DNA of 28,724 nt from an uncultured virus (IMG/VR IMGVR_UViG_647533234_000003) (IMGVR_UViG_647533234_000003), one strand, 5' to 3'. Shown: positions 8,416 through 16,550, numbered from the stretch's first letter. The notes: generated by a model from the letters alone, not told the origin. A program made the numbers and translations.

Positions 8416-8763
8416 TCATGGTCCGGGGCAGCGCGGGCGGTCGTGCTCCAGGCCGCCGCTGACAGCGGCCGGCAGACAACAGGCGGCCGTGATGAGGCGT
8501 TCGGCGCGCTGGCGGTCCTGGCGGTGCCGGATCGCTAAGGCGTTCTCCAGCTCGGCGAGCCTGCGCGCGGTGTCGGCGTGCACGGCACGGTCCTCGTCGG
8601 CGACCGCTTCGCGCAGCCCGGCGGCGGCCAGGAGGAGCGCGGCAAGCCCGGTACCGACAGCGGCTTCGTACGCGTCGTACAGGACGAGGCCGACGACCAG
8701 GACGCCGAGCCACACGACGCCGCCGACGTACGCGCCGAAGAGCAGGCGGGACAGTCGGGTCAT
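8416..8763 (-). CDS. Two-TM membrane protein
   Basis: Two hydrophobic helices followed by a coiled coil; ATGA overlap with the upstream gene. Confidence 0.65.
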   Translation of the reverse strand: MTRLSRLLFGAYVGGVVWLGVLVVGLVLYDAYEAAVGTGLAALLLAAAGLREAVADEDRAVHADTARRLAELENALAIRHRQDRQRAERLITAACCLPAAVSGGLEHDRPRCPGP

Positions 8764-9083
8764 CGCCGGTGGACCCGGGGTGCGGGCTTACGCAGCGGCA
8801 CCGCCGGCTTTTGGAGCTTCGGGGCAGGCAGGGCCTTCCGGAGAGGCGCGCTGTGCCGCAGCGGTTCGTCGGCGCTCTGCCGGGGACGCGAGCTGCGGTT
8901 CGATGCCGTCGGGGACGCCTTGGCGTCGAGGCGGCATGGGCGCGGGCCCGTCGCGACGACGTCACCGTGGGCCGTGGAGGAGACATGGGCGCAGGCGGGT
9001 AGGCGGCGCTCAGCCTGGGGGGCACAGGCAGACAGTGTGATCGAGGCGAGTGTCAGTAGAACAGCGAGGCGGTGGCGGGACAT
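8760..9083 (-). CDS. Putative lipoprotein
   Basis: MSRHRLAVLLTLASITLSA-C lipobox; GGAG RBS. Confidence 0.55.
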   Translation of the reverse strand: MSRHRLAVLLTLASITLSACAPQAERRLPACAHVSSTAHGDVVATGPRPCRLDAKASPTASNRSSRPRQSADEPLRHSAPLRKALPAPKLQKPAVPLRKPAPRVHRR

Positions 9084-9133
9084 CAGGACTCCGTTGACGG
9101 TGTAGACCACGAGAAGCGCAAGCTCCGGCGCGG

Positions 9134-9394
9134 TCAGCGGTGGGTGACGCGGAGGCGCGGGCGTTGCCCGGCCGGGCGTTCGGCGATGACGATGTATCCC
9201 GCAGCGCGGAGCAGGACGGCGTACTCGTCGAGGTGCTGCTCCTCGTCGGGGCCGTCGTGCCACAGCCGGATCGTGCGGGGGCTCGCCTGGTGGACCCGGT
9301 GGCCGGGCGCCCACGTGTGGCGGTGGGTGGAGCTGGGGTGGCCGTGGTCGGTGAGGGTGTCGGTGACGGCGTAGGCGGGGATGCTGCGGGTCAT
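9134..9394 (-). CDS. Hypothetical protein
   Basis: 86 aa, GAAGGAG RBS, 'HLDEYAVLLRAAGYIV'. Confidence 0.7.
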   Translation of the reverse strand: MTRSIPAYAVTDTLTDHGHPSSTHRHTWAPGHRVHQASPRTIRLWHDGPDEEQHLDEYAVLLRAAGYIVIAERPAGQRPRLRVTHR

Positions 9395-9416
9395 CGCGGG
9401 GCTCTCCTTCGGTGGT

Positions 9417-9716
9417 TCAGCGGCGGCGCGGCGGCGGCCCGTACGGGGATTGCCACGCGGGGCGGTTCCTGGGCTGGGTCGGCTTGCCGTCCTGGTCGAT
9501 GAGTCCGGCGTCGCGAAGGGCGCGGATCGTCCGGGCGATCTCCTCCAGGGCCGGGCGTAGGGCGGAGGCGTACGCGCGCGTGACGTCCTGGATCGCCGTG
9601 CTCACTTCAGTGAGGCGGACAGAGAGTTCTCGGGGCGGCTCGTCGGGCAGGAGGTTGATGCCGTGGGGGCGTTCGCGCTCGTCGGGTGGCAGGTCCTCGA
9701 CGCGGGTGATGGTCAT
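9417..9716 (-). CDS. Hypothetical protein
   Basis: ATG 9716; C-terminal 'RPAWQSPYGPP' motif common in Streptomyces phage proteins. Confidence 0.65.
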   Translation of the reverse strand: MTITRVEDLPPDERERPHGINLLPDEPPRELSVRLTEVSTAIQDVTRAYASALRPALEEIARTIRALRDAGLIDQDGKPTQPRNRPAWQSPYGPPPRRR

Positions 9717-9822
9717 GCGGTGGCCCTTCTCGGGGGCAGCCGGGTGGCCGCGAGGTGGGTCTCGATGGGCGCAGTGCGGGCGCCAGTCGAGGGTGGAGGC
9801 GTCTGTGCGCCTTCCGGGGTGG

Positions 9823-10032
9823 TCAGGAGCGGCGGTGGGCTTCCATGGCCCGCCGCGCCATGGCGACGGCACGGAGGGCGTCGGCCAGGGTCATCCCGGC
9901 GCGGACGCAGTGGTGGATCAGCGCGTCGTCGTACATGTCGTCCAGACGCCGGTCACGGTCGGGCGCGCACGCCTGGGTGGCCTGCCAGTCGGCCTCCAAC
10001 TGGTCGAGGGCGTCGAGCGGGTGGGCAGTCAC
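9823..10032 (-). CDS. Hypothetical protein
   Basis: GTGA-coupled to the ligase gene; MTAHPLDALDQLEADW... Confidence 0.55.
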   Translation of the reverse strand: MTAHPLDALDQLEADWQATQACAPDRDRRLDDMYDDALIHHCVRAGMTLADALRAVAMARRAMEAHRRS

Positions 10033-10601
10033 GAGCGGCCCCCTGCTGGGAAGTCGCGGCGCTTCAACTTCGCGCGGCGCCCGTCGGGGTGGTGCCAGAC
10101 GATGCCCTCCCACGTGGGGTGGGCGAGGAGCCAGGCGCGGAGGCCGTCGAAGCCGCGCGGGGTGGCGGCGAGTTCGCGACGCTCGGAGAGGGGGGCCCAG
10201 CCGTGAGCAATGAGGATGTGGGCGCCGAGCCGCTCGGGGTTCGCGTTGATCTTGGGGCCGAGCAGTTCGTAGGTGCCGGGCGTCGAGACCGGACCGTTCG
10301 CCAGCGCCTCGGCGTGGAAGCGCGCGAAGGGGCTCTGCTCGACGGGCTCCCAGCCGACGGCCTTCCCGGTGACCTCGTCCCGCTCGACGGCGACGAAGTG
10401 CTCGGGCGGTGTCTTGCCGGGCTTGACCTCGCGGCGCGCCCACCAGGTGCCGTCGGTGTCGAGCATCGTGCAGGTGCCGTCCCACTTCCGGGTGGCAGTG
10501 CCCTCGACGGCGAGGGCCCACTCGCATCCCGGGGTCACCTCCGGCAGCACGCTGCGGCGGTCCTCGGGGTCGCGGACGAACAGGGTCGGGATCTTCCTCA
10601 C
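10029..10601 (-). CDS. ATP-dependent RNA ligase-like protein (DUF5565/RLIG1-like nucleotidyltransferase)
   Basis: 'MRKIPTLFVRD', motif I 'ATRKWDGT', 'GTYELLGPKINANP', motif IV 'WEGIVW' and motif V 'AKLKRRDF'. Confidence 0.8.
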   Translation of the reverse strand: MRKIPTLFVRDPEDRRSVLPEVTPGCEWALAVEGTATRKWDGTCTMLDTDGTWWARREVKPGKTPPEHFVAVERDEVTGKAVGWEPVEQSPFARFHAEALANGPVSTPGTYELLGPKINANPERLGAHILIAHGWAPLSERRELAATPRGFDGLRAWLLAHPTWEGIVWHHPDGRRAKLKRRDFPAGGRS

Positions 10602-10921
10602 GAGGTCTCCTCGGTGGGGCGGGGCTGCATGGCGAGGAGCGCGTTGATGGTGGCGCGGATCGCTGAGGCTGACTGGCGAGACGGGTACCGGCCGACGTGC
10701 GCGGCGACGACCTTCCACGCGTCGCGCTCGTCACGGCGGGAGAGCCAGGCGTCGACGCAGCGCTCGTGAACGAGACCGTCGACCGTCTTGGCCATGCGGC
10801 CGTCGTGCTCGGCGTGGCAGTGAGGGCAGTCGGGCAGCCCGACCGGGGCGCCGCGTTCGTCGCGCCCGCCGTCGTCGGTCGGGTCGATCGTGACCTCGGG
10901 CAGGTTGAGGGTGATTTTCAC
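10598..10921 (-). CDS. Hypothetical Zn-binding protein
   Basis: 'CPHC...HERC'; GTGA overlaps at both ends. Confidence 0.6.
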   Translation of the reverse strand: MKITLNLPEVTIDPTDDGGRDERGAPVGLPDCPHCHAEHDGRMAKTVDGLVHERCVDAWLSRRDERDAWKVVAAHVGRYPSRQSASAIRATINALLAMQPRPTEETS

Positions 10922-11145
10922 AGGCGATCTCCGAGGGTCAGGGCCCGGCGTCGCATGACGGCGAGGCAGGTACGGCAGGTGACGGGTTCGTCGGTACGGG
11001 TCGTGGTCCATCCCGTGGAGCACAGCGGGTTCCAGGGGGTGAGGCCCAGGTCGGGCCGCATAACCGGCCGGATCAGCGGTGAGGCGTGTACCGCGCCGCG
11101 TGGGTCCGAGCGGGCGGCGACCAGGACATCGGAGCTATCGCTCAT
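10918..11145 (-). CDS. Hypothetical protein with HxxxC/CxxC
   Basis: 'AVHAS...PLC...VTCRTC'; coupled overlaps. Confidence 0.6.
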   Translation of the reverse strand: MSDSSDVLVAARSDPRGAVHASPLIRPVMRPDLGLTPWNPLCSTGWTTTRTDEPVTCRTCLAVMRRRALTLGDRL

Positions 11146-11507
11146 CGAACGCTCCGCTGCGGTTCGTTGGCCATGCGGCTCAGCTCGGCGGCTACTTGGT
11201 GGCCGAACATCCGCGATACCGCCCGTGCGTCGAAGAAGTCAGCCGCCTCGCGGAGCGCGGCAGCTCGGTGGTACGCATGCTGAGGTTCGTCCGCCTCGTC
11301 TTCCTGGCAGGGGACGCCGTCAGCTTCCGCACCGTCGCGCCGGGTGCCTTCGCCGAGGGCGTCGTCAGCGGGTTGGAGGCTCTGTGTCCACCAGGTGCCG
11401 GTCGACTCGTCCACGTGGCGCTGACGGGGGTGCGGTCCGGGAGGGAGGGAACAGGTCCAAGTGGTGAGCTGGTCACCGCATCGCATGGTGGTGGGGGTGC
11501 TGGTCAT
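11142..11507 (-). CDS. Hypothetical protein
   Basis: GAGGAG RBS, ATG 11507, '[12 protein letters not shown]'. Confidence 0.55.
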   Translation of the reverse strand: MTSTPTTMRCGDQLTTWTCSLPPGPHPRQRHVDESTGTWWTQSLQPADDALGEGTRRDGAEADGVPCQEDEADEPQHAYHRAAALREAADFFDARAVSRMFGHQVAAELSRMANEPQRSVR

Positions 11508-11704
11508 CGGGGCGGCTCCTCGCGAACGGCGGGGTGGGGGAGGGGAGGGCGGCGCGCTGTGCTCGCAGAAAGCGGGCTCCGGGGTGTTGCAGAGCCGGGG
11601 TCGCGATCGGGGCTTTTCCTCACAGGGCGATCTCCAGTTCTGCGAGGGGTAGTCCGCGGTCGATGTGGTGGTGTAGCTCGCGGAGCCGGGCCAGTGCGAG
11701 GCCG

Positions 11705-11863
11705 TCACGGCGGTTGAGGGCGCGCTCGGTGGGTGTTGTGGCGGCGGACGCGGGTGCCGTTGTGGCTGGTGCACAACTCACCCGGGCGGGCGCCACAGGC
11801 CGGGCAGGCGGCCTGGATCTGCGGGAGCGCGCGGGCGCGGTCGACATCGGTGTCGTCGGTCAT
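11705..11863 (-). CDS. Small Zn-finger protein (not in ORF track)
   Basis: AAGGAAG RBS. Translation is [52 protein letters not shown], with the same CPxCxAxxGxxC..H pattern as the C-terminus of 17137-17814. Confidence 0.65.
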   Translation of the reverse strand: MTDDTDVDRARALPQIQAACPACGARPGELCTSHNGTRVRRHNTHRARPQPP

Positions 11864-11881
11864 GTGCTTCCTTTCTGGAGT

Positions 11882-11914
11882 GGGGCCCGTCCTGATTCGG
11901 GCGGGACGGGCCCC
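11882..11914 (-). repeat. Intergenic hairpin, near-identical to 13588-13616
   Basis: GGGCCCGTCCTGATTCGGGCGGGACGGGCC here versus GGGCCCGTCCTGATGCGGGCGGACGGGCC. Confidence 0.75.
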
Positions 11915-11929
11915 GGCTTCTGCTGGGGG

Positions 11930-12166
11930 TCAGGTGGTCTCCGCCGAGGCGACGGGATGCGCTGTGAGGGAGATCCAGTCACCGTCGCTGTGGAGGTGGG
12001 TCGATCCGTCCTCGCCGTGCGTGGTCCTGACGATGTCCGTCGGGAGGGTTTCGGCTTCCGCCTGGAGGGCGGGCATCGCGAGTTCGCGGGTGGCGAAGTG
12101 GCCGAGGACGTGACCGCCCCGGTAGTCCTCCCCGCCCATCAGTAGCCAGACGGTGGTGGTCGGCAT
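11930..12166 (-). CDS. Hypothetical phage protein
   Basis: GAAGGAG RBS; 'VWLLMGGEDYRGGHVLGHFATRELA'; first gene after promoter copy 3. Confidence 0.7.
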   Translation of the reverse strand: MPTTTVWLLMGGEDYRGGHVLGHFATRELAMPALQAEAETLPTDIVRTTHGEDGSTHLHSDGDWISLTAHPVASAETT

Positions 12167-12216
12167 GTGGTGCTCCTTCCAGGTGCGGCCGGGATCGGGG
12201 CTGAGAGGCGTAGCGG

Positions 12217-12277
12217 CTAGGCATTGCCTTGCGCTTATTCAATGGCTACCGAGTAGGTATTGTCAAACTGCTAGGCA
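12217..12277 (-). promoter_or_regulatory. Promoter with operator, copy 3
   Basis: Minus strand TTGACA (12266-12261), 18 bp, TTGAAT (12242-12237). Half-sites are TGCCTT 12225, TGGCTA 12243, TAGGTA 12254 and TAGGCA 12272. Confidence 0.75.
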
Positions 12278-13023
12278 TTGCGTGTTGCTCGCCCCGAGTG
12301 CCCGCCCGCGCCCGCCGGCGCCCTCCGCGAGCGCGAGACGGTGTCCTCCTCGGCATCGGCCCCGGCATCCCGGCCAAGGCGAGCGCGCGCCTTGGCGATG
12401 GCTGTGGGGGACCGGCCAAGAGATCTGGCGATCTGCCTCGTGGAAAAGCCTTCGGCGGCAAGCTGCGTGATCTGCTCATCGCCGGGCCGCAGCCGCGGGC
12501 CCAAGGTGAACGGGTGGCCGTCGGGCTCGCAGGCGGGGTCGTCGATGTCGACAGTGGCCCAGGCGCTGGGGCCGTACCAGCCGAGGCGGGCGGCCCGAGT
12601 GCGTACCCGGTCCGCACCGTCGCCCGTCCGCTCCGGGCTCTGCACCAGCCGCTGGTAGAGCGCCGCGATCCGGAGGGCGTCCGCTCCGGAGATGTGCCGG
12701 GCCTCACCGGAGGCGACGCGGTAAAGCCAGCTCACGTGGAGGTCGAGAAGCCCGGCAAGGACGACGGGGGTGTGGCCGAGCACCGCCAGCGCGCGAAGAC
12801 GGCGCTGACTGCCGGTGGGGTCGGTCCACCCCTCAGTGGTGACCGGGGCGCGGCGGATGCGGATGCCGCGAATGGCATCGGCGCGGGCGCTGCTCACGGA
12901 CACCCGGCGGTTGAGGATGTTCGACACGGTAGGCCGCGGCATCCCGGCGGCGCGAGCGATCTGCTCCTGCGTCCAGCGCAGCGCCTGAAGGCGCCGGATG
13001 TGGGCTTCGATGTCGGCGGCCAT
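12271..13023 (-). CDS. Multi-HTH (XRE-like) DNA-binding protein
   Basis: N-terminal 'WTQEQIARAAGMPRPTVSNIL', central 'RRLRALAVLGH', C-terminal 'GFSTRQIARSLGRSPTAI'. Confidence 0.8.
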   Translation of the reverse strand: MAADIEAHIRRLQALRWTQEQIARAAGMPRPTVSNILNRRVSVSSARADAIRGIRIRRAPVTTEGWTDPTGSQRRLRALAVLGHTPVVLAGLLDLHVSWLYRVASGEARHISGADALRIAALYQRLVQSPERTGDGADRVRTRAARLGWYGPSAWATVDIDDPACEPDGHPFTLGPRLRPGDEQITQLAAEGFSTRQIARSLGRSPTAIAKARARLGRDAGADAEEDTVSRSRRAPAGAGGHSGRATRNA

Positions 13024-13057
13024 GTCTCCTGCTCGTGGTGGGGTCGGGGGTGGCCGA

Positions 13058-13321
13058 TCAAGCTGCCGCGTCCGCTGCGGCCTTCATGATCTGGATGCCG
13101 TCGGGGTGTTCGTGGACGGCGCGGACCACGGCGTCGTGCCACGCCGTGCGGCTCTGCGCGGCGCGCTGAAGCCGCTCGATGGAGCGGCGCGCCGCGTCGA
13201 GCTGCCGGGCGAGGGAAGGGCACGTGCAGTCCGTCGAATCCGGGTCGATGGCACGGGAGTTGCACCCCGGAATCAGGTACCGGCCGCCGTGGTCGTCTTC
13301 CCACCAGTGACAGAAATGCAT
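13058..13321 (-). CDS. Hypothetical protein
   Basis: GAGGAG RBS; MHFCHWWEDDHGGRYLIPGC...CTC followed by a coiled coil. Confidence 0.65.
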   Translation of the reverse strand: MHFCHWWEDDHGGRYLIPGCNSRAIDPDSTDCTCPSLARQLDAARRSIERLQRAAQSRTAWHDAVVRAVHEHPDGIQIMKAAADAAA

Positions 13322-13322
13322 G

Positions 13323-13565
13323 TCAGCACTCCTCTCGCGAGCGCAGGCCCGGGGCGGGCGCGGAAGTCCGGCCGGCCTGCTGCGAGATCGGGTTGGGCCG
13401 CGCGCGACAGGCTCGGCAGTACGGGAAGTCGTCCCCTTCCCCGGCGACGAGGCCGGTCTTGCGGCAGAGGGTCGTGACTCGGGGCCCGTTACCGACGGTG
13501 CGCGCCGAGTGCTGGACTCGCCCGCCGCGAAGCTGGGCGAGGAGGGGGTAGCGGGTGTGGGACAC
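13323..13565 (-). CDS. Small Cys/His protein
   Basis: AAGGAG RBS, GTG 13565; 'VQH...TLC...CRAC'. Confidence 0.6.
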   Translation of the reverse strand: MSHTRYPLLAQLRGGRVQHSARTVGNGPRVTTLCRKTGLVAGEGDDFPYCRACRARPNPISQQAGRTSAPAPGLRSREEC

Positions 13566-13587
13566 GAGCGTGGTCTCCTTCGGCGGT

Positions 13588-13616
13588 GGGCCCGTCCTGA
13601 TGCGGGCGGACGGGCC
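13588..13616 (-). repeat. Intergenic hairpin, near-identical to 11882-11914
   Basis: GGCCCGTCC / GGACGGGCC stem just upstream of AAGGAG on the minus strand. Confidence 0.75.
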
Positions 13617-13632
13617 ACGTCGTGTTGGCCGG

Positions 13633-14055
13633 TCAGGCGCTGGTGGTGGGGTCGTACGCGACCGCGACGTCGATCGGGACGACCTCGTAGCCAACCGGCC
13701 GCTCGGGCCCGCCGTTGATGCGCGCCAGCAGCACCCATGGCCGTTCGGGCTCGCTGATGTCGACGTACCAGTCGGCTTGGATCTCGGAGCCCGGGTGGCG
13801 GGCCGCGAGGTCGGCCTCGCAGTGCCTCTGCGCCGCCGACCCGCTGCTGTACGTGCCGAGCGGGACGGAGCCGGACTGCGCGCGGAAGACGCGATGCGGC
13901 GCAGGGGTGCGAGCCACGAGCATCGCGTAGACCTGGGTCGCGCTCGGAAGGGCCTGGCTGGCGGCGAGGTCGGCAACGCCGCCACGGGTGAAGGAGTCGT
14001 GGGCGAGCTGGACGAGGCGCAGGGCTTCGCGCTCGTGCGAGAGGGGTTCGGGCAT
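13633..14055 (-). CDS. Hypothetical protein
   Basis: GGGAG RBS; 140 aa; 'PLGTYSSGSAAQRHCE'. Confidence 0.65.
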   Translation of the reverse strand: MPEPLSHEREALRLVQLAHDSFTRGGVADLAASQALPSATQVYAMLVARTPAPHRVFRAQSGSVPLGTYSSGSAAQRHCEADLAARHPGSEIQADWYVDISEPERPWVLLARINGGPERPVGYEVVPIDVAVAYDPTTSA

Positions 14056-14267
14056 GGGTGTCTCCCAAGACGTGCTCGCGGGAAGACCGGCCGCGCGGAT
14101 TCAACGGCCGGGAGGGGCGAGCGGGCCGGTGGGGCTTCACGGCCTCGCGCTCGCCGGGCGCGGTAGGACTCACGCGCCGGTGGGGGGTGTCGCGCGGTGT
14201 GCGGCTGGTGACAGCATGTCAGATCGCCGCACGAGAATGTGCTGAAATGCGCTGAATGTGGCCTAAG

Positions 14268-14673
14268 TTACTTGCTGTCGGCGCACCGCGCGCTGTGCTC
14301 CGTGTGCCCGAGGCCGACGCGTCCGGCCCAGAGCCTCCCGCAAGCGCAGGGCACACCCTTGAGCGCGGCCTGCCGCTCCCGCTCCGTGCCCAGCGGGCGG
14401 CCGGTCCGCTGCCACGGCCCGAGCAGCGCGATCACGTCCTGGAGCGCGGCGTTGATCTCCTCGTGCTCCGGGTCGTACCGCGTCCGGGGTGGGGATCGCG
14501 ATCTGTACTCGCTGCCGGCTGGTGGTGAGGGTGAGGTCGATCTGCCCCTCGTCGAGGTCCGCCGGGAAGTCGGATGCCTGGACGGTGAGGGCGGTGCCGT
14601 CGGCGCTGGTGTAGGTCCAGGGCGGGGAGGTCATGCTCGCGGCGAGCCGGGCGTAGGCGTCTTTGAAGTCCAT
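14268..14673 (-). pseudogene. Hypothetical gene with an apparent frame switch near 14490
   Basis: Starts MDFKDAYARLAAS... After 'QIAIPTP' the original frame turns to A-ending codons, while the shifted frame reads RTRYDPEHEEINAALQDVIALL...CADSK* with high GC3. First gene after promoter copy 4. Confidence 0.55.
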
Positions 14674-14710
14674 GACGTACCTCTCTCGGGATTGACTAGG
14701 CGCGATGCAT

Positions 14711-14763
14711 TGCCTAGTAGGAAGACTATGCCTACATGCTGTGCTATGCAAACATGTTAGGCA
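14711..14763 (-). promoter_or_regulatory. Promoter with operator, copy 4
   Basis: Minus strand TTGCAT (14751-14746), 17 bp, TAGTCT (14728-14723). TGCCTA at 14711 and 14729, TAGGCA at 14758. GAAGACTATGCCTA is identical to copy 2. Confidence 0.85.
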
Positions 14764-14945
14764 TACGAGGGTGGCCGGTCGGCCTCCGGTTCCTGTTCCT
14801 GCGGACTGCCGTTCGCCCGGCCTCACGACACATCCGGCACACACCCGCCCCGGGCCTCCCGCCACCTCCCCGCTCCGCAGCGCCGCCCACACAGCGACGA
14901 GCTCCCAGTCCCCCGCCGCGTACCGCTCCCGGTGCGCATCGGTGG

Positions 14946-15410
14946 TCAGTCCTCGTCCGACAGGGTCGGGTCGATGAGCGTGGTGACCTCGGTGACGAGG
15001 CACGCGGTGCATCCGCCGCAGACACATCCGGTGTCGTATCCGTCGCTGTGCAGGTGGTCGCGCTGGCGGTCGGCGAGCTGGTGGGCGTAGTCGTCGAGGG
15101 CCTGGTCGATCTCGGCTTCGGGCACGTCGCCGCTGCGCATGGCCTTGATGTGCTGGCGGGGGTCGGAGGCGAGGACGGCGCGGCAGCACCGGCGGTCGGG
15201 GAGGTGGACGCCGCAGTCGGCGAAGGCGAGGACCGTGGCGGGGTCGTGGAGGAGGTCTTCGAGTGCTTCGTTTTCGGTGTCTCAGTCGCCTTGCTGGAGG
15301 CCGCGGATGAGGTCGACGAGGACGCGGCGCTTGGTGGCGTCGTCGGTGCCGGCGTCGATGAGGGCTTGGGCGATGGGTGTGAAGACGGTGGTGGCGCTGG
15401 ACCATCCCAT
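14946..15410 (-). pseudogene. Hypothetical gene with an in-frame TGA at codon 43 (15282-15284)
   Basis: MGWSSATTVFTPIAQALIDAG...LQQGD*DTENEALEDLLHDP... continues in frame into track ORF 14946..15140 (CVCGGCTAC). Confidence 0.7.
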
Positions 15411-15411
15411 G

Positions 15412-15921
15412 TCAGTTCTCCTTGGAGGGGATGAGGGTGCGGGCGAGCTGGAGGAGGCGGTGGTCGGTGGTCTTGGTGGCGCGGGCGAGGCGGGCGGCTT
15501 CGGTGAAGGTGTCGTACAGCTCGCAGCGGGTGCCGTCGGGGATGGGGCCGGGGTGCATGAGCTGGTCGGCGGCGTGCTGGAGGGTGCCGGCCGGGCAGGT
15601 GGGCGGGGTTTCGGTGTTGATGCGGTCGCCGAGCGGCAGGCTGAGGGGGTCTTGGCCGCAGCAGGTTGTGAGGCCGCTGGTGGGGTCGGGGAGGCTGTGG
15701 GTGTGCCCGTGGCGGGGCGGGCGTGGGGTTTCCTCGGTCGAGCCGTCGGTGAGGGTGACGGTGACGGGAAGCGCCCGGGTGATCAGCGCGATGAGCTGGC
15801 GCTCGGCGTCGTGGCGCAGGTGGGCGCGGGCTTCGGGGTGGTTGGTGAGGGTGTCGTCGAGGAGGGCGCGGCTGGTGTAGCGGATGCCGTCGAGGACGAC
15901 GGTGGCTTCGGCGGTGATCAT
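15412..15921 (-). CDS. Hypothetical protein
   Basis: 169 aa; ATGA-coupled; 'HTH...TTCCG...TCP'. Confidence 0.6.
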   Translation of the reverse strand: MITAEATVVLDGIRYTSRALLDDTLTNHPEARAHLRHDAERQLIALITRALPVTVTLTDGSTEETPRPPRHGHTHSLPDPTSGLTTCCGQDPLSLPLGDRINTETPPTCPAGTLQHAADQLMHPGPIPDGTRCELYDTFTEAARLARATKTTDHRLLQLARTLIPSKEN

Positions 15922-16550
15922 TGGCGGGCTTTCAGGTGCGGGGGCTGTTGGGGGTCTGCGAGGAGTGCTTGCGCGGCGGCGAGGGCGAGGGCTGCGTACT
16001 CGCCGCCGGAGAGCGGGACGGTGTGACCGTGGTGGAGGAGGGTGAGGGCGTTCGGGCCGAGGTGTAGGGGGACGGTGCGCAGGGCGTCTTCGATTCGGTC
16101 GGCGAGCGCGGTGAGGGCGGTGGGGTCGTCGTCGCTGGGGAGGTCGAAGGCGCGGTCGATGGCACGCCGGGCGGCGAGCTGACGGGGCGCCCGGTGTCCG
16201 CCGGGCGCGTGCCCGGTGCGTGTCCGGGCGGTGTCCGAGCTGGTCAGCGCGTCGTCATGGAGGGGTGTCCGGGGTTCGGCGGGGGCGTCCGGGGTGTGTC
16301 CGGGCAGGGTGTCCGGAGGTTGTGTCCGCAGTGTCTGGGCGGGGGTGCCGAGCACTGCTTCCTCCTGGGGGCGGTTGTCGCACCGCTCGTCGCGACCGGG
16401 AGCGGGCGTGTCCCGTACGGGGCCCGTGGAAGGGCGGGCGCAGGTATCCGGGCGCCCGTGGGCTGCTGGGGGCTCCGCGGGCCGTAGGGGCGCGCGCAGC
16501 GGGTCTGCCGGGGCGGTGAGGCGGTCGGCCGCCCCCTGATCGCCCCTCAC
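15918..16550 (-). CDS. Hypothetical protein with a low-complexity repeat-containing N-half
   Basis: GTGA-coupled start at 16550; helical C-terminus 'ALADRIEDALRTVPL'. Confidence 0.5.
   Translation of the reverse strand: MRGDQGAADRLTAPADPLRAPLRPAEPPAAHGRPDTCARPSTGPVRDTPAPGRDERCDNRPQEEAVLGTPAQTLRTQPPDTLPGHTPDAPAEPRTPLHDDALTSSDTARTRTGHAPGGHRAPRQLAARRAIDRAFDLPSDDDPTALTALADRIEDALRTVPLHLGPNALTLLHHGHTVPLSGGEYAALALAAAQALLADPQQPPHLKARQ
16194..16338 (+). repeat. Cluster of GTGTCCG(G) direct repeats
   Basis: Exact GTGTCCG at 16194, 16220, 16231, 16265, 16296, 16309 and 16322, plus one-mismatch copies at 16209, 16285 and 16331. Confidence 0.8.

Noticed and set aside
8416..9083. Holin/spanin-like lysis pair
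   Set aside because: No endolysin nearby, located in the early accessory region, and spanins are not expected in a monoderm host.
14228..14270. Short (GCT)GAATG-like repeats as a regulatory site
   Set aside because: Only two to three degenerate copies and no clear -35/-10 pair.
3482..15284. Stop-codon reassignment (TGA to Trp) suggested by two internal TGAs
   Set aside because: TGA is the functional stop of most genes here, including many ATGA/GTGA overlaps.
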